Source: Synechococcus sp.
GTDB taxonomy: Bacteria > Cyanobacteriota > Cyanobacteriia > PCC-6307 > Cyanobiaceae
NCBI GenBank assembly: GCA_047285535.1
Contig: JBJBDC010000001.1
Span: forward strand, 928,136-992,135
DNA: 64,000 nt
Direction: 5' to 3'
In this document: positions 18,434-28,554 of the stretch, piece after piece
Layout of the letters: each line of letters begins with the position of its first letter
Position numbering within the stretch: position 1 is the first letter of the stretch
The notes under the pieces: generated by a model
The model's input: the letters and a program-made list of their open reading frames with translations, nothing else
What the model was told of the DNA's origin: nothing
Databases searched by the model: none
Position numbers and translations under genes: made by a program

Positions 18434-21400
18434 TCACACCTTTAAAACAGCTTCATTTCGTTCCTTTTGTTGCTGTTCGCGTTGGTCTTGCGTTAACCCA
18501 TCGGAATCGGGGATCTGTGATGCCATCTGCTCAAGCCAACCTTTGAGCTCCTCAAGCTGCTTCTCCATCGGCAAGACCCCAAGTCCTCGCGCAAGAACTT
18601 TTGCGGTGCTTCCGCTGCCTGCCTGATAGACAAGCCGACTGTGGAGATGTTGGGGCAAACCCTGACGTAACAACCGAAAGCCTGGTTCTTCCATCGGAGT
18701 TTCGAGTGCAATATTTGGTTTTTCAGGGCGAATCCGAGCAAACCCGCATCGTTTAGCGAGAAGCTTAAGGTCCATCAATTGCAACAGGGATTGCACGGGT
18801 CCTGGTAGGGCCCCGTAGCGATCAGCCCAGCCAGCAGCCAATTCCACCAGCGCCTCTGAGCTGAGGCAATCAGATGCGGCGCGATAAGCAGACATTTTCT
18901 CATCGGCATCGACGATCCAATCCGCCGGGATGAACGCAGTGACCTGGAGATCGACCTGAGTGTCGTCAACAGCAGGAATGTCTTGCCCCTGAATCTCAGC
19001 CAGGGATTCCTGCAACATTTCCATGTACAGATCAAAACCGATGGCCTCCATCTGCCCGCTTTGCTCCACACCGAGCAAATTGCCAACGCCCCGAATCTCC
19101 ATATCTCGCATCGCCAATTGATACCCACTGCCAAGCTGGGCAAACTCCTGAATCGCGCGAAGTCGCTGTCTTGCCGCTTCACTGAGCGAAGCATCACCGG
19201 GATAGAACAGCCAGGCATGTGCTTGAACACCGCTGCGCCCGACGCGTCCTCGGAGTTGATAGAGCTGAGCGAGCCCAAATCTATGGGCATCCTCGATCAG
19301 AATCGTATTGACACGAGGAATATCGAGCCCGCTCTCGACAATTGTTGTGCAAAGCATGACATCAGCTTCCCCTCCGTTAAAGGCCACCATGGCGCTCTCC
19401 AATTCGCCTTCGGCCATTTGCCCATGAGCGACCAGAAGCTTGAGGCCTGGGAGCATGTCCCGAAGCTTGGCAGCGACTTGTTCAATTCCTTCAACGCGAG
19501 GGACCACGTAGAACACCTGGCCCCCTCGATCAAGTTCCTGGCGAATCGAACTGCGCACCGCCTCATCATCGAGAGCCGCCAGATGAGTTTTGATCGGACG
19601 TCGCAAGGGAGGAGGAGTCGTGATCAAGCTCATCTCACGCACTCCAGAGAGGCTCATATACAACGTGCGAGGAATGGGCGTCGCCGAGAGTGTCAACACG
19701 TCAACGTCCTTTCGCAATGCCTTAATTTTTTCTTTTTGATTCACTCCAAAGCGTTGTTCTTCATCAACAACCAGCAAACCAAGTTTGGTGAATGCCGTGT
19801 TTTTACTTAACAGCTGATGGGTACCGACCACAGCGTCAATAGTCCCTTTCTTTAACTCCTCAAGAATCGTTTTGCGCTCACCGGCTGTTCGGAAGCGATT
19901 TAGAAGGGCCACCTTGATCGGATAGGGAGCAAAACGTTCCGAAAGTGTGCGCCAATGCTGCTGAGCCAACACCGTCGTAGGTGCCAACATTGCCACTTGT
20001 TTCCCAGCCGTGATGGCTTTGAAAATGGCTCGAATAGCCACTTCGGTCTTACCGAAGCCCACATCACCGCAAACCAGACGGTCCATAGGCTCTGGTTTTT
20101 CCATATCTCGCTTGACATCCACCGTGGCCTTGAGTTGATCGGAGGTGGGTTCGTACGGAAAAGAGTCTTCGAGTTCGATCTGCCAAGGTCCATCCTTCGG
20201 AAAAGCAAACCCCTGAGCCTGGTGTCGCTCGGCGTACAGCTTCACCAAATCAAGAGCAACTTTGCGCACAGCTTTGGTGGCACGCTCCTTGGCCTTCACC
20301 CAAGCAGAGCCACCCATTTTGCTGAGTTGAGGCGGCGTATCGCTATTCGCTCGAAAACGCCCAAGACTGCCCAGCTGATCAGCAGCCACTCGCAAAATGC
20401 CATCGGAATACTGGACCACCAGGTAGTCCCGAACTTCACCGCTGATCGCTAATTTCTCGAGCTTTTTAAAACGGCCGATTCCATGGTTGCGATGCACCAC
20501 GAAGTCCCCTGGGTGCATCTTGTTGGGATCGACCGTTCGACTCGCCGCTTTGCGCCTCCGGCGTACGTAACCACTACTGCTCAGGGACTGTTGTCCAAAA
20601 AATTCACGGTCGGTGAGAAGAACGACCTTCCAAGCAGGGAGTTGTAGGCCTTCAAGGTCGGCTGTACCGCGAGATTTAAGCGCAACAGGAGTGCCCTGTT
20701 CGATCAGGCGCTCAATCGCTTGCCTATCGGCGGCATTAGGAACGAAGCGCGTGATGCAGTCATGCTCTTCCAGCAAGGCAACAGCCCGGCTCGGCTGGGC
20801 TGAGAGCAACCAAACGGCATGATGCTCACGCTGATGCTGTTTGATCAATTCACCTAGTTTTCCAAACTGATTTGGATACGCCGGAACCGGGCGACTAGCA
20901 AGATCAAATGCATTGGGATAACTGTCGTTTTCTTGAAGCTCAGCCAGATCAAAACCGCCAAAACACTCCGCAAGCGCCATCGCTTCCTTGATGGGTCGAT
21001 GCAGAGGGGGAATCGAGAGACTCAAATCAGCGTGTTGCTCAATGGCGTGGTCCAGCCACTGTTGACCATGGGCACTGCCATGGCGCCTTTCGTCTATCGC
21101 AATGCAGCATTTAGCCGGCAAATAATCAAGGAGCGAAGCAGGAGATTCCCAGGCCAAGCCCATCAGCCTGCGCATGCCCTCTGGGGTGCCGCCCTCCAGC
21201 AGCTCTGTGAGTTGGGACTCGCTCAACAACCCATCAAGATCGTCAGGCATTTGCTCGCGCAGGCGTTCAGCGATGAGAGGGCTGAAACCCGTAGGAGTGA
21301 GCATGAGAGTGTCGACAGTATCGAGTGAGCGCTGACTGGCCGGATCAAATTCGCGAAGCTTGTCGAGTTCATTCCCGAAGAACTCCAGTCGTACTGGCAG

Positions 21401-21976
21401 CTCGCTGCTCACCGGATACACATCAACGATGTCACCACGGCGGCTCCAGGTGCCTTCCTGATCAATGGTCGAGACGCGCTCGTAGCCCAACTGACTCAGG
21501 TAGACGGAGAATTCATCAAGGTCAATGACATCACCTTTTTGTAGAGCTCGACAATGCTCTGCAAGGAATTGCGGTGGTGGAAGGTGCGGTTGCAAACATC
21601 TCTCGGTGGCAACAATTGCCAAGTCGTTTCTGGTGCGGTTTGTCTGGAGTTCGCTTAAGACTTGAAGTTGCCCCCAAGTGATTTCCGTCGTTGGGTCAAA
21701 AGGTTCATAGGGAGATCCCTCGCTCGTGGGATAAAGCTGGGCACTCGACCAACCCATCAGTTCAAGCAGAGCAGTCCAGCGACCGGCTTCCTCCAATGTC
21801 GGGACTACCACAAGTAAAGGCTGATCCATGCGCTTAGCCAAAGCACTGGCAACCAATGCCCTGGCTGACCTTCCAGCTCCTCTCATCAACAGGCGTTGAT
21901 CCCGCTCTGTGCGCTCACAAAGCTCACCACTCAGCACTGAGGTCTGCAGCAGACGCACCAAAGAGCTGAGGGGCAT
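18434..21976 (-). CDS. mfd: Transcription-repair coupling factor
   Basis: 'GDFVVHRNHGIGRF', 'CGDVGFGKTEVA', 'DEEQRFGV', 'QLYQLRGRVGRS'; ATG 21976. Confidence 0.97.
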   Translation of the reverse strand: MPLSSLVRLLQTSVLSGELCERTERDQRLLMRGAGRSARALVASALAKRMDQPLLVVVPTLEEAGRWTALLELMGWSSAQLYPTSEGSPYEPFDPTTEITWGQLQVLSELQTNRTRNDLAIVATERCLQPHLPPPQFLAEHCRALQKGDVIDLDEFSVYLSQLGYERVSTIDQEGTWSRRGDIVDVYPVSSELPVRLEFFGNELDKLREFDPASQRSLDTVDTLMLTPTGFSPLIAERLREQMPDDLDGLLSESQLTELLEGGTPEGMRRLMGLAWESPASLLDYLPAKCCIAIDERRHGSAHGQQWLDHAIEQHADLSLSIPPLHRPIKEAMALAECFGGFDLAELQENDSYPNAFDLASRPVPAYPNQFGKLGELIKQHQREHHAVWLLSAQPSRAVALLEEHDCITRFVPNAADRQAIERLIEQGTPVALKSRGTADLEGLQLPAWKVVLLTDREFFGQQSLSSSGYVRRRRKAASRTVDPNKMHPGDFVVHRNHGIGRFKKLEKLAISGEVRDYLVVQYSDGILRVAADQLGSLGRFRANSDTPPQLSKMGGSAWVKAKERATKAVRKVALDLVKLYAERHQAQGFAFPKDGPWQIELEDSFPYEPTSDQLKATVDVKRDMEKPEPMDRLVCGDVGFGKTEVAIRAIFKAITAGKQVAMLAPTTVLAQQHWRTLSERFAPYPIKVALLNRFRTAGERKTILEELKKGTIDAVVGTHQLLSKNTAFTKLGLLVVDEEQRFGVNQKEKIKALRKDVDVLTLSATPIPRTLYMSLSGVREMSLITTPPPLRRPIKTHLAALDDEAVRSSIRQELDRGGQVFYVVPRVEGIEQVAAKLRDMLPGLKLLVAHGQMAEGELESAMVAFNGGEADVMLCTTIVESGLDIPRVNTILIEDAHRFGLAQLYQLRGRVGRSGVQAHAWLFYPGDASLSEAARQRLRAIQEFAQLGSGYQLAMRDMEIRGVGNLLGVEQSGQMEAIGFDLYMEMLQESLAEIQGQDIPAVDDTQVDLQVTAFIPADWIVDADEKMSAYRAASDCLSSEALVELAAGWADRYGALPGPVQSLLQLMDLKLLAKRCGFARIRPEKPNIALETPMEEPGFRLLRQGLPQHLHSRLVYQAGSGSTAKVLARGLGVLPMEKQLEELKGWLEQMASQIPDSDGLTQDQREQQQKERNEAVLKV

Positions 21977-22553
21977 GACGGAACCACTGTCGACAAAACA
22001 AGAGTCTGTCAAGGGAACGGACTCAATGCTGAATGCACCTCTGAACTCCACAGATTTCCAAAAAGACTTGGCAGGACTTTTGAGACTTACCCACCGTCGG
22101 AGCATCCACAATCAAATGGACAAAGACAAAAAGGGAACCCAAGAACTCAATAAACGTTGCTATTCCGACAGGCAAGAAGCACAATCTTCACTACCTTGGA
22201 AAAATGAAGTTCATCAACAACCAATATACAACCACTCGTCTAGACAAAAGCTCATCAGTAAAAGAATAAAGTGCACTAAGAATTTAGTCAATCAAGACCA
22301 CTCACATAGTCAAATTTATATAACCAAACCCACTGAACAAGAACAAATACTAGCCAGGAACAATGCTGGCACAAGGAAAGAGCCACAAGTACAAAAGCAA
22401 AGAACCAACAAAAACCCAACAGAAACGAATCAACACCAAATCATACAACCTACATCTTAGAAGCAATAAGAAGACAAAAAGCCGTAGACTTAATTGTCAA
22501 TCTATACCAGAATCAAAACAAACTCAATTCAACAATAAACCACAATACACACT

Positions 22554-22582
22554 AAAAAGGCCCCTCCAAAACAGGAGGAGCC
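22554..22582 (-). terminator. Intrinsic terminator of the porin gene
   Basis: Minus strand GGCTCCTCC-TGTTTT-GGAGGGGCC-TTTTT, about 19 nt after the stop. Confidence 0.8.
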
Positions 22583-22600
22583 GAGGAGCTCGAAGCCAAA

Positions 22601-24367
22601 TCAGAACTTAAAGGTGGTCTTCAAAAGGCCTCCAAAGTTATTAAACGTATCTGATCGATTACCAGAATCACCAGCACCATTTGTCAAATCTCCAAATGGT
22701 CGACTTAAATAATAAATAGCTGGAGTTACCGTAATATTGTCAGTTACCTGGAATGCATACCAAAACTCCCATGCGTAGTTCCCATCTGCTACGAAATCAC
22801 TTTCAGAATCTGAGGAGTAATCAACAGATGTCACAAAGGTGGGCTGACCCACAGCCATTCCCAAAGTGTTTCCTTTTAGGAAAGCATCTGACCATTGGAG
22901 GCCCACATACCAAGACTGAGAAGTGAAACTCTTTACTCCAACTTCAGCGCTTGCCGCATTCTGTGAAGGGCTAAGATATGGACTTTGCAAGTAAGAATCT
23001 TTAAAAGATTGCGAACTACTAATCCCCCACCCTGTGCTAACACTTGGAATCCAACCAGACTCTTCCGGAGTCCACCAAGCACTTAGACCAGCAGAACTTA
23101 CTGCTCCTATATTGGACAGCGCATTAGCCAATGGCGTTGCGTTGCCTGGATATACTCCAGTATTATTATTCTGGCCATTAGCAAAATTATAAGCAGCTGC
23201 AACACCCCAATTTTCAGGAGAATAGGCAATTTGAACCGTGGCGCTAGTACCCGCGCCCTCTGTCAAAATACCTCCGAAATTAGGATCTGATTCATTACCA
23301 TTAGAGCTGACATAGTTAGCACTAACACTGAAATCGTTAGATTCCCACCAGATACCAGCACCAGAGCCTAGGGTTAAGTTATAGGCACCAGGAGCTCCGG
23401 CGTAGGTGAAGAAATCGAGAACGGTGTCAGCAGGATATGCACTGGGCCAAACAGCCAGCATGTCGTCTTGACGAACCAAACCACCAACGGTTGCAGTGAA
23501 GCTGCTGCCAACTGGGAACTGATACCAAAGGCGGTTTACAGCAACGCTATTAGCTCCTGAAGGTTCTTCAAAAGCAGTTTCCATGGCGTCTAGACCGACA
23601 TAGCCACCTCCCCCAAAGGCTGAGCCACCAAAATTGCCCGCACGCAACATTGTGCGGAGAAGATCCTTACCAGTGAAGCTGGTATCAAGGAACAAACGAA
23701 GGTCGTAGTTAAAGGAAGTTCCACCAGATTGGGCCGCAGCCAGATCAGCACGCTTTTCCGGAGAAAGAAGTTTAGTACCAGGTATTTCCACAAACGGAGG
23801 GTTGATAACCATGGCATCACCACCGAAGCTGTTCGCACCAATCACGAAGGTGGCTTGACCTTTCAGCTTGGTGGTGGTGGAGAACTGAGTGGCTTCCAGT
23901 TCACCAACACGGGCTTCCAGTCCGTCCACACGGCCCTTGAGGATGGCGAGTTCCTTCTCGAACTCTTTCATCAGGCGCTTGAGTTCGTCGGTCACTTCGG
24001 TGACGCGATCGAGACAGGCGTTCAACAGAGCCGCCGCTTCAAAGCGGGTCATCGCCCTGTTGCCGCGGTAGGTGCCGTTGGGGTATCCAGCGACGCAGCC
24101 GTAACGCTCGATCAGGTTGCTCAGGGCCTGATAGGCCCAATCCGTGGGGTACACATCAGAAAACTGAGTGATGCTGGTGACTTGCTCACCAGTGGCGGTG
24201 TAGTCAGACACCGATCCTTTGCCAACGGGAGTACGTGCCATGGAACGCTCTCCAGTGGCGGCGTAGTCAGACACACCACGAATGTTGAGATCAGAGGCAA
24301 CAGCAGACAATGGGGACAAAAGCCCCAAAGCCGCTGGCGCCACCAGCAATTGGTGGAAAAGTTTCAT
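22601..24367 (-). CDS. som: Cyanobacterial SLH-domain porin (Som / OprB-like, 'iron uptake porin' family)
   Basis: 'MKLFHQLLVAPAALGL' signal, SLH 'FSDVYPTDWAYQAL..L.ERYGC..GYP', coiled coil, 'FSTTTKLKG', C-terminal 'KTTFKF'. Confidence 0.93.
   Translation of the reverse strand: MKLFHQLLVAPAALGLLSPLSAVASDLNIRGVSDYAATGERSMARTPVGKGSVSDYTATGEQVTSITQFSDVYPTDWAYQALSNLIERYGCVAGYPNGTYRGNRAMTRFEAAALLNACLDRVTEVTDELKRLMKEFEKELAILKGRVDGLEARVGELEATQFSTTTKLKGQATFVIGANSFGGDAMVINPPFVEIPGTKLLSPEKRADLAAAQSGGTSFNYDLRLFLDTSFTGKDLLRTMLRAGNFGGSAFGGGGYVGLDAMETAFEEPSGANSVAVNRLWYQFPVGSSFTATVGGLVRQDDMLAVWPSAYPADTVLDFFTYAGAPGAYNLTLGSGAGIWWESNDFSVSANYVSSNGNESDPNFGGILTEGAGTSATVQIAYSPENWGVAAAYNFANGQNNNTGVYPGNATPLANALSNIGAVSSAGLSAWWTPEESGWIPSVSTGWGISSSQSFKDSYLQSPYLSPSQNAASAEVGVKSFTSQSWYVGLQWSDAFLKGNTLGMAVGQPTFVTSVDYSSDSESDFVADGNYAWEFWYAFQVTDNITVTPAIYYLSRPFGDLTNGAGDSGNRSDTFNNFGGLLKTTFKF
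24185..24274. repeat. 27-bp imperfect direct repeat with 63-bp period inside the porin N-terminus
   Basis: CTCACCAGTGGCGGTGTAGTCAGACAC (24185-24211) versus CTCTCCAGTGGCGGCGTAGTCAGACAC (24248-24274); 2 mismatches. Confidence 0.9.
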
Positions 24368-24372
24368 TTCGG

Positions 24373-24381
24373 TCCTCACAC
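24373..24381 (-). promoter_or_regulatory. RBS-overlapping site complementary to the Yfr1 sRNA seed
   Basis: mRNA reads GUGUGAGGA-CCGAA-AUG, complementary to 9 nt of the Yfr1 motif ACUCCUCACAC. Confidence 0.7.
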
Positions 24382-24995
24382 CAAAATTGAGTTAATTGTG
24401 TTGCTGTCAAACCAGCATCCACCATAATCTTACCTAAACAATCAGAGTACAGTTCAAGATCTGTCCACACATGTCAAGGCCAAACAACTTACACAGAAAG
24501 CTAATTACCCAAAATCAGGCCCGGAGGCCAATAAATCCTGCACAAGCTCAAAGTGCACAATAAAAAACCAACATCTAGCGCCAAAAAGGCATGCGCAATC
24601 ATTCACGGCACGAGGCAGAAAAGCAAACCATGAACATTAATCATAAAACAGAATCAACTTGCAAAAGAGATAGTTCCAAAACGAAACCGACTAAATTCTT
24701 TCAAATCATTGAAAACAAAGGCAGGGATAAACACCCATCAGGTTTGAATCACAAAAATCAGCAAGATACAAGAACAGCACTCAGGAAATTCACAAAAGAT
24801 GAAAATTTAACCGCTATTGAATCTCAGGCACTGTCAAATTGCCTACCAGAACCTCAAGTTGGCAACAAACCCAATAAAAATATATTTTTTCATTTCCCTG
24901 TTTAGAACAAACAATTTCAAACACCGACAAATTGTCCTATAACTCAGTAACAAGAATCTTTTTTGACCAGACTCTCACACTCTCTAAGAAAACTC

Positions 24996-25238
24996 ATGCC
25001 CCGTTTTCGTTGCCCAGAATGCTGTTGTGGGCCTGCAATTGTCTTACATCCGCCACCTGGAGCCACACCAATCTGTTTCCGTTGTGGATGTATTTTAGAA
25101 AAGCAGCCCCTGGTTAAACTGGGCCCACTATGTGTGTTACTAACAGTTGGTACCGCTTTGATCGCCCTATCGATGCCAGCATTATTTTCACCCCAGCCGC
25201 TACCTCCTCAAACCAAACCACCTGCTCAAACTGTCTAG
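24996..25238 (+). CDS. Small Cys-rich (zinc-ribbon-like) membrane-anchored protein, 80 aa
   Basis: ATG 24996; CPEC...CFRC pairs, then a TM helix and Pro-rich tail. Confidence 0.65.
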   Translation: MPRFRCPECCCGPAIVLHPPPGATPICFRCGCILEKQPLVKLGPLCVLLTVGTALIALSMPALFSPQPLPPQTKPPAQTV

Positions 25239-25267
25239 CGCAATGAGCAAGTTGTCAACCATCAATC

Positions 25268-25822
25268 ATGACCAAACGCATCACAGAGCCTGAACGCAAA
25301 AACAACAAAAGAGCCAGATTCGAATCACGTTTTGAGCGACTCCTATGGCGTTTTCGCTTAGTAACCATTCTGCCTGTTGTGATGAGTCTATTAGGAAGTG
25401 TGAGCTGTTTTGTACTCGGAACACAGGAAGAGCTGAGCGCACTGAACAAACTGATCAATGGTCATTTAAATTCAAATCAAAACATTTTATTGCTAGGAAA
25501 AGTTATAGGCGGAATTGATTATTATGTGATCGGCATAGCGTTGCTTATTTTTGGCTATGGGGTGTATGAGCTGATTATTTCTGACATTGATCCTCGCATT
25601 CAGGACATGACTGAAGAACGTCGAAATATTCTCAGCATCAATTCCCTTGAGGCGCTGAAACAAAAGCTTACCAACGTCATCATTGTTGCACTGATCGTAA
25701 CAGCATTCAAACTTATGATTAGTTTTAGAGTGCAATCAATTTCAGAATTACTGCAATTTTGCGGATGCGTATTGATTCTTGCCTTTAGCGCTTGGCTCGT
25801 CGGCAAAAACCATAAGGATTAA
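25268..25822 (+). CDS. YqhA / UPF0114 family membrane protein
   Basis: 'IDYYVIGIALLIFGYGVYELIIS', 'INSLEALKQKL'. Confidence 0.85.
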   Translation: MTKRITEPERKNNKRARFESRFERLLWRFRLVTILPVVMSLLGSVSCFVLGTQEELSALNKLINGHLNSNQNILLLGKVIGGIDYYVIGIALLIFGYGVYELIISDIDPRIQDMTEERRNILSINSLEALKQKLTNVIIVALIVTAFKLMISFRVQSISELLQFCGCVLILAFSAWLVGKNHKD

Positions 25823-25934
25823 GAGCTTGAATGTTATGCATTATAAACTCAAGCACAACAGCCACCTTGAAGCGAGTAGCTGTGCAATGTTATTATCATT
25901 TTGCACTTATTAAATTAGAATTATTCTTTTAGCC

Positions 25935-26141
25935 ATGAGACCATATCCAAAAGGGACTGGAGCAGGGATTTCTCTATTTATTATTATTGCACTAGGCATT
26001 TATGCCGTGTCTCGGGTCGAAGAAATGAAACGTGCTGCCTTTAGAGATGGCTTTAACTGTGCAATCAATGAAAATGCTCGAACAACCCATTCCCCCTACA
26101 ATTGCACAGAATACAGAGAGAGTATGAAAAAAAGAATTTAA
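25935..26141 (+). CDS. Small membrane-anchored hypothetical protein, 68 aa
   Basis: N-terminal TM helix, two Cys, AT-rich context. Confidence 0.55.
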   Translation: MRPYPKGTGAGISLFIIIALGIYAVSRVEEMKRAAFRDGFNCAINENARTTHSPYNCTEYRESMKKRI

Positions 26142-26695
26142 TTCTATTTCGTTAAAATCACTCAATTACTCAATCCCTAAAGCAAGCCTGAGGGAACAGC
26201 ACTCTACCTTAAACACTCTCCCAACAGAAAAAATAAACAACAATATCTTAAACCAATGTGCATATGCTTAACCAAGCAGTTGATCACTTGACTACCTAAC
26301 CCCAACCATCAAACTGACAGCCTAACGACCTTTTCAAAACATCTACCCTTCAAGATCAATAACCTATTAGTCAAACCAACAAGAATCGACCCATTCTCGG
26401 AAACTGGTCACATCCCCAAAGCCCACTCTCAATAATCAGAGCAAAGAACACCAATCCCTGCCCCAAAACATTAATCAACAACAAACAATACTGCCTACCA
26501 GGCATCAAAGAAACATGATTCAATTGCAGGAAGGATTCAAGTAAAAGAGCTTCGTCAAAAAAGACGTTGATTCTCTATGGAAAGAACTCTAAACACTTTA
26601 ACAGATTCAATCAATAAATCATTAACACTATAAAACCACCACAACCATGAACTTGACAAAAATGAAGTTGGGTCTTGAAGACTTTTCTCATATTT

Positions 26696-27379
26696 TTAAA
26701 CCAGAACGCCTTCTGGCCGCTTGCTAGTTCTGATTCCTTGGATGGCAGCAGCGTAGTCAGGCTGATTAAACACCCCTGAACCACTCACAATTGCGTTTGC
26801 ACCAGCTTCAATCACCTTCCATGCATTCCCAGCTTTCACACCACCATCAACTTCAATCCAAGGATTCAAAGCTTTCTCATCGCACATGCGACGTAAATCG
26901 CGGATTTTCTGAACTTGATTATCGATAAAACTCTGACCACCAAAACCTGGATTCACACTCATAATCAACACAAGATCACAGAGTTCCAAGCAATACTCGA
27001 GCGTATCGAGAGGAGTGCTTGGATTAAGAACAGCACCGGCCATTTTGCCGAGATCCTTGATTTGTGCAAGGTTGCGGTGCAGATGAGGACAAGCCTCAAC
27101 CTGTACAGAAATAATGTCTGCACCTGCTTTTGCAAAATCCTCTACATAATTTTCTGGTTGCACAATCATGAGGTGCACATCCAATGGTTTCTTAGTAACC
27201 GGACGCAAGGCTTCTACAATAAGAGGGCCAATCGTGATGTTCGGAACAAAGCGACCATCCATCACGTCAACATGAATCCAATCAGCACCAGCTTCATCGA
27301 CAGCTTTGACGTCTTCACCAAGGCGTGAGAAATCGGCAGATAGGATCGATGGAGAGATCACCAGGGGCTTGGTGCTCAT
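26696..27379 (-). CDS. rpe: Ribulose-phosphate 3-epimerase
   Basis: 'SPSILSADF', 'HVDVMDG.FVPN', '[10 protein letters not shown]', 'EVDGG'; ATG 27379. Confidence 0.97.
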   Translation of the reverse strand: MSTKPLVISPSILSADFSRLGEDVKAVDEAGADWIHVDVMDGRFVPNITIGPLIVEALRPVTKKPLDVHLMIVQPENYVEDFAKAGADIISVQVEACPHLHRNLAQIKDLGKMAGAVLNPSTPLDTLEYCLELCDLVLIMSVNPGFGGQSFIDNQVQKIRDLRRMCDEKALNPWIEVDGGVKAGNAWKVIEAGANAIVSGSGVFNQPDYAAAIQGIRTSKRPEGVLV

Positions 27380-27517
27380 GACTGAGGGGGCTACGGGATC
27401 GGAAGATTGTAGGGAGCGCTGATACCACTGATACAGTGAGCCGCGCATATGAGATAGAAATCCCTGCTACTGCAGGCTTTCTCCTCAAAGCCTCTCTTTA
27501 ACCCCCGCTGCACTTAC

Positions 27518-28522
27518 GTGGATCGCACTCTCATCCAGGAAATTCTCGAGATCGTCGAGCAGGCCGCCATCGCTTCCGCCACGCTCTCCGGCAAAGGTCT
27601 GAAGGATGAAGCTGATGCTTTGGCTGTTGATGCCATGCGCAAGCGCATGAACAAAATTCAAATGCAGGGCCGCATTGTGATTGGTGAGGGAGAACGAGAC
27701 GAAGCTCCCATGCTCTACATCGGGGAAGAAGTCGGTACCGGCAACGGCCCAGGCGTTGATTTTGCTGTTGACCCTTGCGAAGGCACCAATCTTTGTGCGT
27801 TCAGCCAGCGCGGATCAATGGCTGTTCTCGCTGCTTCCGACCGTGGAGGGCTGTTTAATGCTCCAGACTTTTACATGAAGAAGTTGGCGGCTCCACCGGC
27901 AGCAAAGGGCAAGGTTGACATTCGCAAATCTGCGACTGAAAACATCAAAATCCTTAGCGAGTGCTTGGGTCTGGCTCCTGATGAGCTCACCATCGTTGTG
28001 ATGGATCGTGCCCGTCACAAAGATCTGATCACTGAAATCCGTGCCACGGGTGCGCGGATTCAGCCTATTTCCGATGGTGACGTGCAAGCCGCTATTGCTT
28101 GTGGTTTTGCAGGAACCGGGACTCACTGCTTGATGGGCATTGGTGCAGCACCTGAAGGAGTGATCTCTGCAGCAGCTATGCGCGCACTGGGCGGACACTT
28201 CCAAGGACAACTTGTGTATGACCCAGCCATTGCTCAGACTTCTGAGTGGGCAGATATGACGAAGGAAGGCAATCTCGCCCGCCTTGAAGAAATGGGCATT
28301 ACCGACCCAGATAAGGTGTACGAAGCCGATGAGCTCGCCTGTGGAGAGCACGTTGTATTCGCCGGCAGTGGGATCACAGATGGTCTTCTCTTCAACGGCG
28401 TTAAGTTCGAAACTGATTGCACCCGCACGAGCAGCTTGATTATTAGCAACCTGAACAACACCTGCAGTTTCACGAACACCATCCATATGAAGGATGGTGC
28501 TCAAAGCATTGCTTTGAACTGA
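27518..28522 (+). CDS. glpX: Fructose-1,6/sedoheptulose-1,7-bisphosphatase class II
   Basis: '[15 protein letters not shown]', 'AVDPCEGT', '[10 protein letters not shown]'. Confidence 0.97.
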   Translation: MDRTLIQEILEIVEQAAIASATLSGKGLKDEADALAVDAMRKRMNKIQMQGRIVIGEGERDEAPMLYIGEEVGTGNGPGVDFAVDPCEGTNLCAFSQRGSMAVLAASDRGGLFNAPDFYMKKLAAPPAAKGKVDIRKSATENIKILSECLGLAPDELTIVVMDRARHKDLITEIRATGARIQPISDGDVQAAIACGFAGTGTHCLMGIGAAPEGVISAAAMRALGGHFQGQLVYDPAIAQTSEWADMTKEGNLARLEEMGITDPDKVYEADELACGEHVVFAGSGITDGLLFNGVKFETDCTRTSSLIISNLNNTCSFTNTIHMKDGAQSIALN

Positions 28523-28554
28523 TTCACGATTCGCAGCAACAGAGGTATTTCTCC

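Noticed and set aside
18178..18626. ORFs 18178..18402 and 18252..18626 (+)
   Set aside because: Antisense shadows of the 54-aa membrane ORF and the mfd 3' end
18775..21528. Long overlapping ORFs within mfd (and similar ones within glpX, fba, leuB, lpxD, proB)
   Set aside because: Shadow frames of well-supported genes with no independent motifs
21909..22611. ORFs 21909..22460 and 22363..22611 (+)
   Set aside because: K/Q/N/T-rich translations expected from A/C-skewed spacer DNA; the first overlaps the mfd start; no motifs
24591..24905. 104-aa ORF (+) upstream of the porin
   Set aside because: Same compositional artefact; no RBS or recognisable motif
24971..24980. ACTCTCACAC, similar to the Yfr1 motif, as a possible yfr1 gene
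   Set aside because: Lacks one C of ACTCCTCACAC and has no flanking stem-loops or terminator
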